Of a stretch of 64,000 nt of DNA, positions 32,418-42,371 are shown in pieces. Each line of letters starts with the position of its first letter. Within the stretch, counting starts at the first letter, position 1. Position numbers and translations under genes: made by a program. The notes beneath the pieces were generated by a model. That model searched no databases and had not been told where the DNA came from. It worked only from the letters and a program-made list of their open reading frames with translations. Origin of the DNA: Longimicrobiales bacterium (GTDB lineage: Bacteria; Gemmatimonadota; Gemmatimonadetes; Longimicrobiales; RSA9); the NCBI GenBank assembly GCA_035461245.1, contig DATHVP010000008.1, positions 6,000 through 69,999 on the forward strand, written 5' to 3'.

Positions 32418-33404
32418 GTGAAGATCACCTGGATCGTCCGCAACTGGTTCCTCGCAGGGTTGCTCACGGCTGCTGGCCTGGCCTTTGTCTTCCCGGCGGT
32501 GGGCGCCAGGGGCGGGCCGCTCGCCCCCGAAGTGACGGCCAAAGCCGCCGTCGCCATCATTTTCCTGTTGCAGGGACTTGCCCTGTCCCCGGAGGCGCTC
32601 CGGGCGGGTGCCATGCGCTGGCGCCTGCACAGCGCTACCCAGTTGTTCATCTTTGCCCTGTTTCCCGCCGCCGTCCTCGCCGCCGATCATGTGGCCGGCC
32701 CGGTCCTCGGCCTGAGCCCGGAAATCCGCGTCGGCTTCATCTTCCTGGCTGTCCTGCCCACCACCGTTTCCACGTGCGTGGTGCTCACCGCCGTGGCGGA
32801 CGGGAACGTAGCCGGAGCCCTGTTCAACGCGGTGTTCGCGAACCTGGCAGGCGTGCTGCTGACGCCGCTGTGGGCTGCGCTGCTCATCGGTTCCGCCAGC
32901 GACGGGCCGCCCCTGCACGCCATGGTCCTGGAGATCGCGCTGCTGCTGCTGGCGCCCCTCGTCGCCGGACAGCTCCTCCGTCCTGCCCTGGCACGCCGCA
33001 ACCTGATCCACCGGCGCCTCGTCAGCGTGCTGTCGAACGCGATCCTGCTCTTCATCGTGTTCACCGCCTTCGCCAACTCCGTGCACGACGGCGCGTTCCG
33101 GACAACTGGGCCGGCAGAGGTCGCCCTGGTGCTCCTGTGCGCCATTGTCCTGTTCGCCGTCGCTGCCAGCGGCGCGTGGCTGCTGGGCCGCCGCCTGGCC
33201 TTCGACCCGGCGGACGCCCGGGCCCTCTTCTTCTGTGCCCCCCAGAAGACGCTCGCCGCCGGGGTGCCCATGGCCCAGATCCTGTTCGCCGGCAATCCCG
33301 CCCTCGCCCTGATCCTGCTCCCCCTCATGGTCTACCACGTCGCCCAGCTCATTGCCGGCGCCTTCCTGGCTGACCGGCTCCGGATGCCTTCCGCAGCAGC
33401 GTGA
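32418..33404 (+). CDS. bile acid:sodium symporter (BASS/YfeH-like) family transporter
   Basis: The start is GTG. The polytopic protein contains IIFLLQGLALSPEAL and FLAVLPTTVSTCVVLT, motifs typical of SBF-like transporters. Confidence 0.8.
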   Translation: MKITWIVRNWFLAGLLTAAGLAFVFPAVGARGGPLAPEVTAKAAVAIIFLLQGLALSPEALRAGAMRWRLHSATQLFIFALFPAAVLAADHVAGPVLGLSPEIRVGFIFLAVLPTTVSTCVVLTAVADGNVAGALFNAVFANLAGVLLTPLWAALLIGSASDGPPLHAMVLEIALLLLAPLVAGQLLRPALARRNLIHRRLVSVLSNAILLFIVFTAFANSVHDGAFRTTGPAEVALVLLCAIVLFAVAASGAWLLGRRLAFDPADARALFFCAPQKTLAAGVPMAQILFAGNPALALILLPLMVYHVAQLIAGAFLADRLRMPSAAA

Positions 33405-33565
33405 TCCGCCCCGCGGACGCTGCATGCCTGCTCGTCTGGAGCTGGCGCTGGTCTGGCGCGCGGTTGCGCGCCGCTGCAATCTATCCGGTGCGCCGCTCCC
33501 ACCGGCGCCGCCAGCCGGATGGGAAGAACAGGGACCCCGGACCGGGGGAGCAGGTACTAACAGGC

Positions 33566-33880
33566 ATGAACGGGACTTCAATGGCTCTGCCCATGACGGC
33601 GGTCACGGTGGTGGCCATGGTGCTGCTTGCCGCGGCCGTTACGCGGGCGTTGCGCGCCAGGCAGAGGGCCGCCCGTACCGTCGAGAAGCCGAATTCCGAG
33701 TATACCTGGCAGGCAGTCCGGGAGAAGGAAGCCATCGGCCGCTGGCACGGTATCGATCTCGACTCACTCCACGAGATCAACCGGGAGGAAGTGCAGAGGT
33801 TGCTGGCCGTTGCCGAGGCCACCGGCGCTGACGCCCTCCGCCCCGCAGAGCGCCGGTTCCTGGACGCCCTGGCCGGCTGA
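33566..33880 (+). CDS. hypothetical small membrane-anchored protein
   Basis: ATG 33566 follows GGGGGAG. There is one TM helix (LPMTAVTVVAMVLLAAAV) and then a charged soluble tail. No family was recognised. Confidence 0.4.
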   Translation: MNGTSMALPMTAVTVVAMVLLAAAVTRALRARQRAARTVEKPNSEYTWQAVREKEAIGRWHGIDLDSLHEINREEVQRLLAVAEATGADALRPAERRFLDALAG

Positions 33881-33912
33881 ACCGCAGCCCTGAACCATCC
33901 TGATGGGAGCGG

Positions 33913-34542
33913 TCAGCCGCCCGTCTGGAGGTAAGCCCGGGCCTCGTTCACCCGGTCGGCAAACGCCCTGGCATCCGTTTCACTGAACCCCTGCATCACC
34001 GGTACGCCATTCAGGTGCACGGACTCGAACACGTCCTTGCCCCGGACGCTCCATAGCACCAGACGCCCGGACTCGTAGCGGGCCTCCGCCAGATCGACCA
34101 GGGAGTACTCGATGCCCCGGTTCAGCAGCAGCTTCAATCCGCCCCGCAGCATGCTGTCCAGCAGGCTCGCGAGGAATCCCCGCTCCGCGTCCTCAGTGTC
34201 CCCCCGGACGGTTTCCTCCAGCCCCTGGTCGGTGAGCTGCAGCATGAGCGTGGTATCCAGCAGGAGCAGCGCCATGCGGCCGTCCGTAGAGGTGATGCTG
34301 TACGACGCTCGCGTCGGCGACGCCCTCGCCACCAGGCGTGCCACCGAATCCTGACCTGTAAGGCCGGCCTGCCTGGCCGGCGGCGTATCCGACACGAAAG
34401 GCGCGGGCACCGGGCCACCAGGGGCCTGCCGCCCGTGCGGCGCGGGCGGCTGAGCCTCGCCATATGCCGGAAGGTGGACCAGCGCCGCGACCAGAACCGC
34501 GCCTGCCACCACCGTCCTTACCGTCGCCACGGACAGGCACAT
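33913..34542 (-). CDS. hypothetical secreted protein
   Basis: The start was set at ATG 34542 (MCLSVATVRTVVAGAVLVAALVHLPAYG, a signal-like sequence). No family was recognised. Confidence 0.4.
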   Translation of the reverse strand: MCLSVATVRTVVAGAVLVAALVHLPAYGEAQPPAPHGRQAPGGPVPAPFVSDTPPARQAGLTGQDSVARLVARASPTRASYSITSTDGRMALLLLDTTLMLQLTDQGLEETVRGDTEDAERGFLASLLDSMLRGGLKLLLNRGIEYSLVDLAEARYESGRLVLWSVRGKDVFESVHLNGVPVMQGFSETDARAFADRVNEARAYLQTGG

Positions 34543-34603
34543 GCGCCGCTGCCCACCGGACGTTCCGGGCGTCACTGACAAAGGGACCTCCGTTGCCGAA
34601 GGA

Positions 34604-35014
34604 TCAGCGCCGGCGCGGCGTTCCGCCGTGGCCGCCATGCACGTGTGTCGTGTCCGCCAGCGTCAGTACATAGCGTGACACGGCCTGCAGCTGTGCGTCC
34701 GAAAGGTGGCTCTGTGCCGGCATCAGGCCGAATCGCTCTATGGCGTGGGCGGGCATCGCCGACCGTTCCGCCACAGGCTCCTTCAGATATGACACCAGTG
34801 CCGCCACCGCCTCGGCCGTGTCTGCGTGCTTGCGCAGGTAGTACGCCGCTGCGTGGGACATGGGCGGCGCCGCCTTCGCCGGCGGTTCCACGGAATGGCA
34901 CATGGCACAGACCAGCTCGAAAATGCGGGCGCCTTCTGTCGCGTCCGCCTGCTGGGCACCCGCTGGAACCGCCATCACTGCCGTAATCGCAGCCGCTACT
35001 ATCGCCATTCGCAT
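34604..35014 (-). CDS. monohaem cytochrome c
   Basis: The signal reads MRMAIVAAAITAVMAVPAGA. A single CAMCH motif is present, with downstream Met candidates (PPMSH, SAMPAH). Confidence 0.75.
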   Translation of the reverse strand: MRMAIVAAAITAVMAVPAGAQQADATEGARIFELVCAMCHSVEPPAKAAPPMSHAAAYYLRKHADTAEAVAALVSYLKEPVAERSAMPAHAIERFGLMPAQSHLSDAQLQAVSRYVLTLADTTHVHGGHGGTPRRR

Positions 35015-35243
35015 CTCGGTTCTCCGTGCCTGGGTGGGTGCGACAGTCGCCGCTCCTCACTCTAATCGGACTCCCCCTCATCAGCAACTCAGCTATTGCG
35101 CATCCGCGCTCACAGGAACGGGATAACAACGCAATCGGCGGGCGGCTACTAGCAAGATAGTTGACAGCCGGTGCGACCCGCGGCATGTTGTAACTAGAGA
35201 TGTAGTTGACAACGCCGGCAAGGCCCTGCACGGAGGTGGTTTC

Positions 35244-35891
35244 ATGACGGCAAACGACCGGATGAAGGCAGGATTCGGGGACTGGCTGTGGTACTCGGTG
35301 GCGGCTGCGGCAGCGTTGCACCTGGCGCTGTTCGCCTTCTTTCCGAGCATGACGGCGGCTGACTACCGGGGGAGTAGCGACGAACTGGTGGCAATCGACA
35401 TCCCGGACCAGATCGAGATCCCGCCGCCGCCCGAGCAGATTGCCCGCCCGGCCACTCCTGTGGTGAGCGATGTGAGCATTGACGACGACATAACCATCGC
35501 GCCGACCACGTTCGATGCGAACCCCATCGAGAACCTGCCGCCGCCTCCCACGACGTCCCGGGGCGAGGACGACCTGGCAGCGGCCCCCCGGTGGGTCCCC
35601 ATGGAGGTGCGGCCGGAGCTGCAGAACCAGCGGGATCTGGAGCGGCTTCTGGCGCGCCACTACCCGCCCAACCTGCTCGCGGCGGGGATCAGCGGCACGC
35701 CTGTCCTGTGGTTCTTCATTGATGAGAACGGACGGGTGCTGGACACCCGGCTTCATACGTCCAGCGGATATCAGGCCCTGGACGAGGCGGCGCGACGTGT
35801 GGCGCCGGAGATGCGTTTCTCGCCGGCAATGAACCGCAACCAGAGGGTCCGGGTCTGGGTGGAGATCGGTATCAACTTCGTGGCGCGCTGA
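35244..35891 (+). CDS. TonB-family energy transducer
   Basis: A GGAGG RBS is present. The protein has an N-terminal TM helix, a Pro-rich spacer (IEIPPPPEQIARPATP, NLPPPPTTS), and a TonB_C-like end (YPPNLLAAGISGTPVLWFFIDENGRV...SSGYQALDEAARRVAPEMRFSPA). Confidence 0.8.
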   Translation: MTANDRMKAGFGDWLWYSVAAAAALHLALFAFFPSMTAADYRGSSDELVAIDIPDQIEIPPPPEQIARPATPVVSDVSIDDDITIAPTTFDANPIENLPPPPTTSRGEDDLAAAPRWVPMEVRPELQNQRDLERLLARHYPPNLLAAGISGTPVLWFFIDENGRVLDTRLHTSSGYQALDEAARRVAPEMRFSPAMNRNQRVRVWVEIGINFVAR

Positions 35892-35908
35892 GGGCGAGGC
35901 TGGCGCGG

Positions 35909-37951
35909 TCAGAACAGGCGGATCTGGATGCTCACCAGGCGGCCGGGGCGGGGCAGGCCGCACTGGTCGTAGATGGCGGTGTTGGCAGCGTTGTCCACGG
36001 ACAGGCGCGCTTCGGCGCGTGTCAGCAGTGAGGCGGGTGAATGGCGCAGGGCCCAGCTGCGGTGAATGTCCATGTCGACGCGGGTGCCTGCCACCAGTTC
36101 CACGTCTTCGCCGGACGCGGACAGGCAGAACTGGCGCCCGGTAAAGCGGGCGCGCCCGTTCCCGGACGCGGACAGGGGCAGTGGGATGCTCCCGAACAGC
36201 GAGCCGGCGACGGCGGGCTGGTTCTCCGGCCTGCCGGCCTGTCCGGTGGGAGAGACGAGCGTGGCGGACTGGACTGTAAGGTCGCCCCCGATGGCGAGGG
36301 CCCCTGCAGTATACGCGGCCAGCAGTTCGAGTCCCCGGGTGCGCAGCCGGCTCTCGTTCACGCGCTGGAAGCGTCCATCGGGCAGGGCGATGCGGACAAT
36401 GGCGTCGTCCAGGTGCTGGGCGAATACGACGGCCTGCAGCTGAGCGGCACCCAGATGGGACGTGACGCCGGACTCGACGGCCATCAGGCGCTCGGGCCCG
36501 AGCTCCGGGTTCGGAGCGAACCGCTGCAGCGCCCCCGAGAACGCCTCCCGAAGGCTGGGGAACCGGCCCCGTCGGCTGGCACCCACGTGCAGCCCCACGC
36601 GGTCATGAACGAGCGCGCTCACGCCGGTCCGTGCACCCCAGGCGTGGCGTGCGGGCACGCCTGGCTTGTCTCCGGTCTCCATGTTGTCCGCCATGTCCCA
36701 CGCGCCGCCCGCACTGAGTCGGACATCCCGGAACAGGCCGCCACGGGGCGCCCCGCGCCACTCCGTCTCCACGCCGGCACTCATCAGCCGCTGGCGGTAG
36801 TGCCACGTCCCGCCGGGCACCGTTTCGTCGTGTCGTATATCGGCCAGGGTGAATGCCCCCCGCAGGTCCCCGTGCCTGCCCAGTGTGTGGTCGCCCAGCA
36901 GCCGCAGCGTAAGGTTGCGGTCGTCGCCATTCTCAAAGCCGGACCGTTCCGAGTAGCTGCGGTCGGAATACGCGACGATCTCCGTGCGGCCGCTGTCGTA
37001 GCCCACGCTGAACTCCAGGTCTCCCGTGCCACCGAACGGTGTGCCATGGAAGCCAGTCCCGCCCGACACCACTGCGAGGGTTCGCGACACGTGCGGATAC
37101 CGCCAGAAGCGTGGCGCCGGCTCATCGAGTTCCGCCGCAATGCCCCGGGCGCCGGTTGACGAAGACAGCGTGGTGGACAGCCATGCGCCGGTATCGTGTC
37201 GGTACCGTGCCGCGGCGAAGGCGTCCCTGCTGCGAGCGTCGGTATTCAGCCGCAGGCCCGCCCCGGCGCCGGGCTGTGGCTCCACGATGCCCGCGGCCAG
37301 GGGCTCGCCCGGTGTATTCCTCCAGCCGGCGCCAACACGTACCAGCAGGTTACCGGCGGCGACGTCGAGGGGCACGGTGGCGTTGCTGGTGCCGCCGAAT
37401 CCTCCGGCGTGATCCGCGCCTGCAGTCGCAGTCACGGAACGGGGCGGATCGTCATGCTCGCCCGCAACGCTCATCTCCACCACACCCCCCAGTACGTTGG
37501 GGCCGTGCAGCATGGAGCCAAGGCCACGGGTGAAGCGCAACCCGGTCACCGCCGTTGCCGGAACGACGGAGACGTCTGAACGGGCATCCCAAGTCAGGTT
37601 CAGCGGGATGCCGTCCACGAGCACGGCGACCTGTCGGGACTCGGAGCCCCGGGCGAGAATCTCGGCCTCACCCCGCGAGTTGGTGCGGACGTGGAGCAGG
37701 GGCACCTCCCGCAGCACGTCCTCGAGGGTGGGTGCTGCGCCGAGCCGGAGTGAATCACGCGTGACCTGCAGCGCACTGGTGCCACCGGCGGTAGTGAGCG
37801 CGCGCGGCCCGTGTACCCGCAGCTCACCCAGCCGCAGCACGACGTCCGCGCGCACCGTGTCTGAGCGCGCCGTGTCGGCGGCCTGTCCATGGAGGCCGGG
37901 TGCGCCGGCCATCGTGGCGATGGCCAGCACGATGACGATATGACGACTCAT
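35909..37951 (-). CDS. TonB-dependent outer-membrane receptor
   Basis: A signal peptide is present. The plug domain reads TLEDVLREVPLLHVRTNSRGEAEILARGSESRQVAVLVDGIPLN. A long beta-barrel region follows, and the C-terminus ends in an aromatic residue (IQIRLF). Confidence 0.85.
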   Translation of the reverse strand: MSRHIVIVLAIATMAGAPGLHGQAADTARSDTVRADVVLRLGELRVHGPRALTTAGGTSALQVTRDSLRLGAAPTLEDVLREVPLLHVRTNSRGEAEILARGSESRQVAVLVDGIPLNLTWDARSDVSVVPATAVTGLRFTRGLGSMLHGPNVLGGVVEMSVAGEHDDPPRSVTATAGADHAGGFGGTSNATVPLDVAAGNLLVRVGAGWRNTPGEPLAAGIVEPQPGAGAGLRLNTDARSRDAFAAARYRHDTGAWLSTTLSSSTGARGIAAELDEPAPRFWRYPHVSRTLAVVSGGTGFHGTPFGGTGDLEFSVGYDSGRTEIVAYSDRSYSERSGFENGDDRNLTLRLLGDHTLGRHGDLRGAFTLADIRHDETVPGGTWHYRQRLMSAGVETEWRGAPRGGLFRDVRLSAGGAWDMADNMETGDKPGVPARHAWGARTGVSALVHDRVGLHVGASRRGRFPSLREAFSGALQRFAPNPELGPERLMAVESGVTSHLGAAQLQAVVFAQHLDDAIVRIALPDGRFQRVNESRLRTRGLELLAAYTAGALAIGGDLTVQSATLVSPTGQAGRPENQPAVAGSLFGSIPLPLSASGNGRARFTGRQFCLSASGEDVELVAGTRVDMDIHRSWALRHSPASLLTRAEARLSVDNAANTAIYDQCGLPRPGRLVSIQIRLF

Positions 37952-38168
37952 GTCGGGCGAGTCTCCTGGCGCAGGTCGGCGAAGTCAGCAGGCGCAGGAG
38001 ACTAGCGGAAGCCTGCCTTCCGGCCAAGTCTCCGGCTGCCCTGCAAGCATGTCATGCAACGCCTCAGCAGCCGTCAGGCCCGCTTGTGCGGCAGCTCCTC
38101 AGCCGTGCCACCTTGTACGGGTGGCAAAGTGGACGCACCTTGAAGGTGTTCCCTGGAAAGGAGGCTCC

Positions 38169-38729
38169 ATGGTCGAAGTGCCGGAACGGCGCATCTCACC
38201 TGTTCGCGTCACCGCCGCGAACGCCCGGTTGCGACGCCGCCATCGGCTTGTCGCATGGGGCGCAGTAGGGGTGACGATAATCGTTCACGTCTGGCTCCTG
38301 TTCTTCACCCCGACATTTGCCATCTTCAGTGATCCCGGCCATGCAAGGATGGTGGTCGTGCTGGGCGAATGGCACCATCCGTCCCAGCCTGGCAGCGAGA
38401 TTGATCCCGCCCGCGCGACAGCCGACACGCTGCCGCTGCTTCCGGTCCTCCTGAATGAGGGCATCGTCCAGCATCGCGTGCCGCGCCTCTACCCGTACCC
38501 GCTGTGGAAGGAGCGCGAGCCGGCCAGTGCACTGGTCGAGATCGCCATCAGAAGCAATGGCCGGGTGGCGCAGGTGACCGTACTCGAACCTTCGGAAATC
38601 GGTGCGGATGAGGCGCTCGTCAACCTGGTGCGACTGATGAGGTTCTCGTTGCCGGCGACACAGGCGTCCGGCGGCTTCCTCGGCGTCGCCGAGGTCGCCG
38701 TGGTATCCCCGTCGCGGGTGCCGCGTTGA
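38169..38729 (+). CDS. hypothetical membrane-anchored protein with a weak TonB_C-like end
   Basis: An AGGAGG RBS precedes ATG 38169. There is one TM helix (WGAVGVTIIVHVWLLFF). The C-terminal region ALVEIAIRSNGRVAQVTVLEPSEIGADEALVNLVRLMRF resembles TonB C-terminal domains. Confidence 0.45.
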   Translation: MVEVPERRISPVRVTAANARLRRRHRLVAWGAVGVTIIVHVWLLFFTPTFAIFSDPGHARMVVVLGEWHHPSQPGSEIDPARATADTLPLLPVLLNEGIVQHRVPRLYPYPLWKEREPASALVEIAIRSNGRVAQVTVLEPSEIGADEALVNLVRLMRFSLPATQASGGFLGVAEVAVVSPSRVPR

Positions 38730-38826
38730 GCAGCGCCGCCGTGTCCCGCTGGCACCGGCGCGAAATGTGCCCAATGGCCCCCGCAGGCAGATGAGATCAG
38801 TGACTCACGGGAAGCGAGTTCCGTCC

Positions 38827-41196
38827 ATGACCCGACGTGCGCTGTACGGCGCCCTCACGATTGTTGTGCTGGCCGTAGTCGTCACTACGCTGCTGCTGGC
38901 ACGGACCTCCGGCGGGGACGACACCGGCGCGCCGCAGGGCGAGGTCGCCCGCGAAGTACAGGCGCTGGACCTGGACGACATGCCGGAGCGCGCAGAGGCC
39001 TTCCTGGCGACGGACCGGCCGTGGCGAGCGTCCATGGTCATGCGCACATACCTGGAGCGGGTGTCTGATGCGCTGCCCGAGCACCGTGTGCTGGCCGCCC
39101 GTGCGGAAGCCGGCTGGGGCGGCTGGGATCGCGTCGTCGCCCTGCTGCGCGGCGTACAGGCCCTGGAGACGTACGACAACGGCATCGGCGGGTACCTCCT
39201 CGCCCGCGCCATGGACGAGGCCGGTGACGCGCGGGCAGCCGTTGACGGCTACAACGCCTTCCTGGCGCTGTCACCACCGGCCGGCGAGATGCAGGCGGAG
39301 CGTGCGGCGGCCCGGCTGCGCCTGGCGCTGGCGCTCATGCGCGCAGGTGACCGCGCCGCCGGCCAGCAGCAGCTGGCAGCCGTCCGCGCCGATGCGCCCG
39401 CTGCCGGCGTATGGCTCGACCTGCTGCAGGCTGACGCCCTGGCCGAATCCGGTGACACCGCGGCCGTGCGGGCGGCGGTCGCCGCTCATGCGGATGGCAT
39501 TCCGGGGCTGCATGCGTGGCGCGCCCGCATCCGCGCTGCCAGTCAGGCAGGTGACCACGCCCAGGCCCGCGCCCTGGCCAACCGCGCCCGGGCGTGGGCC
39601 CGCACGGACGCGACTCGGGCCGAGTTCCTCCTGTCCGCCTCGCAGGAAGCGCTTGCCATGCGTGACACGCCCGCCGGACGCGCGGGGTTGCGGTCCGTCA
39701 TGGAGATGAATGCGGCCGGCCCGGCGGCGCGCGCCGCCGCCACGGAGCTGGTGGCGCTGGGCGGCCTCACCCCGACGGAAGCGCTGGCGGTGTCCCGCGT
39801 CTACCGTGCCCAGGGCCTGCACGAGGAATCCCTCGACGGCTACCGCCGGTGGCTGGCCGCGGGTCAGGGTACGGCCGCCGAGCGCACTGCCATCCAGCTC
39901 GAGTACGCGGACGCGCTGTTCTACGCGCTCCGCTACGATGAAGTCGCGGCCGCCCTCCAGCCGGTGCGCAGCGAGACCGCGGCCCAGTCGCTGCTGGCCC
40001 GTACCGAGGCGCACCTGGGCAACGCGGAGGCCGCGGCCCGCATCTATCTCCGCGTCGCCGCCGCCAATGCCGGCAACGCCAATGGCGTGCAGGCGCTTTA
40101 CCTGGCAGCCAGCGCCTGGCACGACGCCAATGAACTTGACCGCGCGGCGGAACTCTACCGTCGCGTCATCCGCGAGTATCCCGGACGTTCGCAGATGGGG
40201 CTGGCCATGATGCGGCTGGCGGGCATCCATTTCATTCGCGGCGAGCACGCGGCCGCACGCGAGTTGTGGGACGACTACCGCCGTCGCTATCCCCGCGGTA
40301 CGCACGCCGTCGAGGCGACATACTGGGCTGGCCGGGCCCGGGAGGCGGCCGGCGACAGCGCCGGCGCGGCCGTCCTGTTCAGGGCCGTTCGGGACGCAGA
40401 CCGCGAGTCCTACCACGCGTTGCGCGCCAGCCAGCGCCTGGGCGTGCCTTTCTGGCCGCTGCCCATGAGCCCCATGCCCGCTGCCGACGCCGCCGCCGAT
40501 CGTCGTGTCGCCACGTGGATGCGCGGTATCGACCTGCTTCGCAACGCCGGCTTCCACGACGCCGCGTCGGCAGAGGCCGATCGCATCGTGGCCGCGGCCG
40601 GCAGTGACCGGGCCACCCGTTACGCACTTGCGGAAGCCCTCGTCGAACGGGGCTACAGCCAGCGTGCCCTGCGCCTGGGCAATGCGCTGCGCGGCAACCA
40701 GCCGCCAGACCGGCGCCTGCTGCAGATCCTCTACCCGTTCCCGTTCCGTACCCTCATCAGCGAGGAGGCCCGGGACCGGGGCTTCGACCCGTTCGTCGCC
40801 GCCGCACTCATCCGCCAGGAGTCCATGTTCGAGGCGCGCATCACGTCGCCCGCCGGCGCCCGCGGCCTCATGCAGGTCATGCCGGCCACCGGGCGCACCC
40901 TGGCCCAGTCCGCCGGCGTGCACCCGTGGGACGGCGAACTGCTGTACCAGCCGGAGATCAATGTGCATCTCGGAACACGCTACGTCGCTCAGCACCTGGA
41001 GACGTACGACGGGTCATTGCCGTCCGTGTTCTCCGCCTACAACGCCGGATACCACCGCGTGGACTGGTGGAAGAACTTCCGCGAATATGAGGACGAGGAA
41101 CTGTTCACCGAGCGGATCCCGTTCCGCGAGACGCGCGACTACGTCAGGATCCTGACCCGCAACCTCGCCATCTATCGCGGGCTGTACGGTTCGTGA
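38827..41196 (+). CDS. soluble lytic murein transglycosylase (Slt70-like: helical repeat domain + SLT domain)
   Basis: The C-terminal SLT catalytic region reads ALIRQESMFEARITSPAGARGLMQVMPATG...AYNAGYHRV. The Ala-rich helical N-terminal domain is long. A signal anchor follows ATG 38827. Confidence 0.85.
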   Translation: MTRRALYGALTIVVLAVVVTTLLLARTSGGDDTGAPQGEVAREVQALDLDDMPERAEAFLATDRPWRASMVMRTYLERVSDALPEHRVLAARAEAGWGGWDRVVALLRGVQALETYDNGIGGYLLARAMDEAGDARAAVDGYNAFLALSPPAGEMQAERAAARLRLALALMRAGDRAAGQQQLAAVRADAPAAGVWLDLLQADALAESGDTAAVRAAVAAHADGIPGLHAWRARIRAASQAGDHAQARALANRARAWARTDATRAEFLLSASQEALAMRDTPAGRAGLRSVMEMNAAGPAARAAATELVALGGLTPTEALAVSRVYRAQGLHEESLDGYRRWLAAGQGTAAERTAIQLEYADALFYALRYDEVAAALQPVRSETAAQSLLARTEAHLGNAEAAARIYLRVAAANAGNANGVQALYLAASAWHDANELDRAAELYRRVIREYPGRSQMGLAMMRLAGIHFIRGEHAAARELWDDYRRRYPRGTHAVEATYWAGRAREAAGDSAGAAVLFRAVRDADRESYHALRASQRLGVPFWPLPMSPMPAADAAADRRVATWMRGIDLLRNAGFHDAASAEADRIVAAAGSDRATRYALAEALVERGYSQRALRLGNALRGNQPPDRRLLQILYPFPFRTLISEEARDRGFDPFVAAALIRQESMFEARITSPAGARGLMQVMPATGRTLAQSAGVHPWDGELLYQPEINVHLGTRYVAQHLETYDGSLPSVFSAYNAGYHRVDWWKNFREYEDEELFTERIPFRETRDYVRILTRNLAIYRGLYGS

Positions 41197-42371
41197 CGGA
41201 CGGTTCCCCGAAGGATCCCTCCCAAGGGGGCGCCGCGGCGCTGGCGGTCTCACCGGCGGCGCGCGAACTGCACCGCCGCGCCCTCGTGTGGGACGCCCAC
41301 ATGGATTCCCTCCACCGCGCCCTCGTGGACGACCTGGACCTGAGCCGCCGCTCCGCCGCCAACGGTGACCTGGACCGCTGGCAGGAGGGCGGCATCGACG
41401 TGCAGGTGCTGGCCGTGTGGGTGGACACCATCTACCTGCCGCACCACGCCATGCGGCGCGCACTCCACCAGGTCGACCTGTGCCACCGCCTGGCGGAGGC
41501 GAACCCCCGGCGCATGGCGCTGGCGCGCAGCGCCGCCGACGTGCGGCGCATTACCGACGGCGGGCGGCTGGCCGTGCTGCTGGCACTGGAGGGCGGCGCG
41601 GTCTTCGGCGACGACCTGGCGCAGCTCCGCACGCTGTACCGCCTGGGCGTCCGGTCCGTCACGCTCACCCATTCCGCCAGCACTACGTGGGCCGATGCCT
41701 CCACGGACGCGCCGCGCTGGCGCGGCCTCAACGACTTCGGCCGGGACGTCATCCGCGAGATGAACCGGCTCGGCATCGTCGTCGACGTGACGCACGTCTC
41801 CGATGACACCGTGCTCGACGTGCTCGAGGTGAGCCGCGCGCCCATCATCGCGTCCCACTCCAACGCCCGCGCCCTGTGCGACCACCCGCGCAACCTGAGT
41901 GACACACTCATCCGCGATATCGCCGCCACCGGTGGCGTCATCGGCGTCAACTTCTATCCGCCCTTCCTCGACGAGAGCGCCCGTGACGCCATGACCGGCG
42001 GAGCCGGCGACCTCCTCCGGTTCCTGAACGAACCCGTGGACGTTGTGCCGGCGCGGCTGGACGAAGTCGCCGTCCAGCGGAGCAGGGCCTTTCAGGCCGT
42101 CACGGACATCCCATCCGTCCCCCTGGGCCGGCTACTGGACCACATCGATCATATCGTGGCTGTGGCCGGCGTCGAGCACGTGGGGCTCGGCAGCGACATG
42201 GACGGCATCAACGCCTTCCCCCAGGGCCTGGAGTCCGCTGCGGACTTTCCCCGCATCACCGAGGGGCTGCTGCGACGGGGCTACACGGAGGACGGGATCC
42301 TGGCCATCCTGGGCGGCAACTTCATGCGCGTGCTGGAACAGGTACAGGATTCCGCCGTCACCGCCGCCTGA
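41193..42371 (+). CDS. membrane dipeptidase (peptidase family M19)
   Basis: M19 motifs are present: VWDAHMD, DVQVLAVW, VRSVTLTHSAS, GIVVDVTHVSD, PIIASHSNARALCDHPRNLSD, GVIGVNFYPPFL, HVGLGSDMDG. Confidence 0.85.
   Translation: MTDGSPKDPSQGGAAALAVSPAARELHRRALVWDAHMDSLHRALVDDLDLSRRSAANGDLDRWQEGGIDVQVLAVWVDTIYLPHHAMRRALHQVDLCHRLAEANPRRMALARSAADVRRITDGGRLAVLLALEGGAVFGDDLAQLRTLYRLGVRSVTLTHSASTTWADASTDAPRWRGLNDFGRDVIREMNRLGIVVDVTHVSDDTVLDVLEVSRAPIIASHSNARALCDHPRNLSDTLIRDIAATGGVIGVNFYPPFLDESARDAMTGGAGDLLRFLNEPVDVVPARLDEVAVQRSRAFQAVTDIPSVPLGRLLDHIDHIVAVAGVEHVGLGSDMDGINAFPQGLESAADFPRITEGLLRRGYTEDGILAILGGNFMRVLEQVQDSAVTAA

Noticed and set aside
35150-35243. Fur box or defined promoter upstream of tonB
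   Set aside because: Two direct AGTTGACA repeats (-35-like TTGACA) are visible, but no acceptable -10 element lies at 16-18 nt and no GATAATGATAATCATTATC-like palindrome is present. The evidence is too weak to call.
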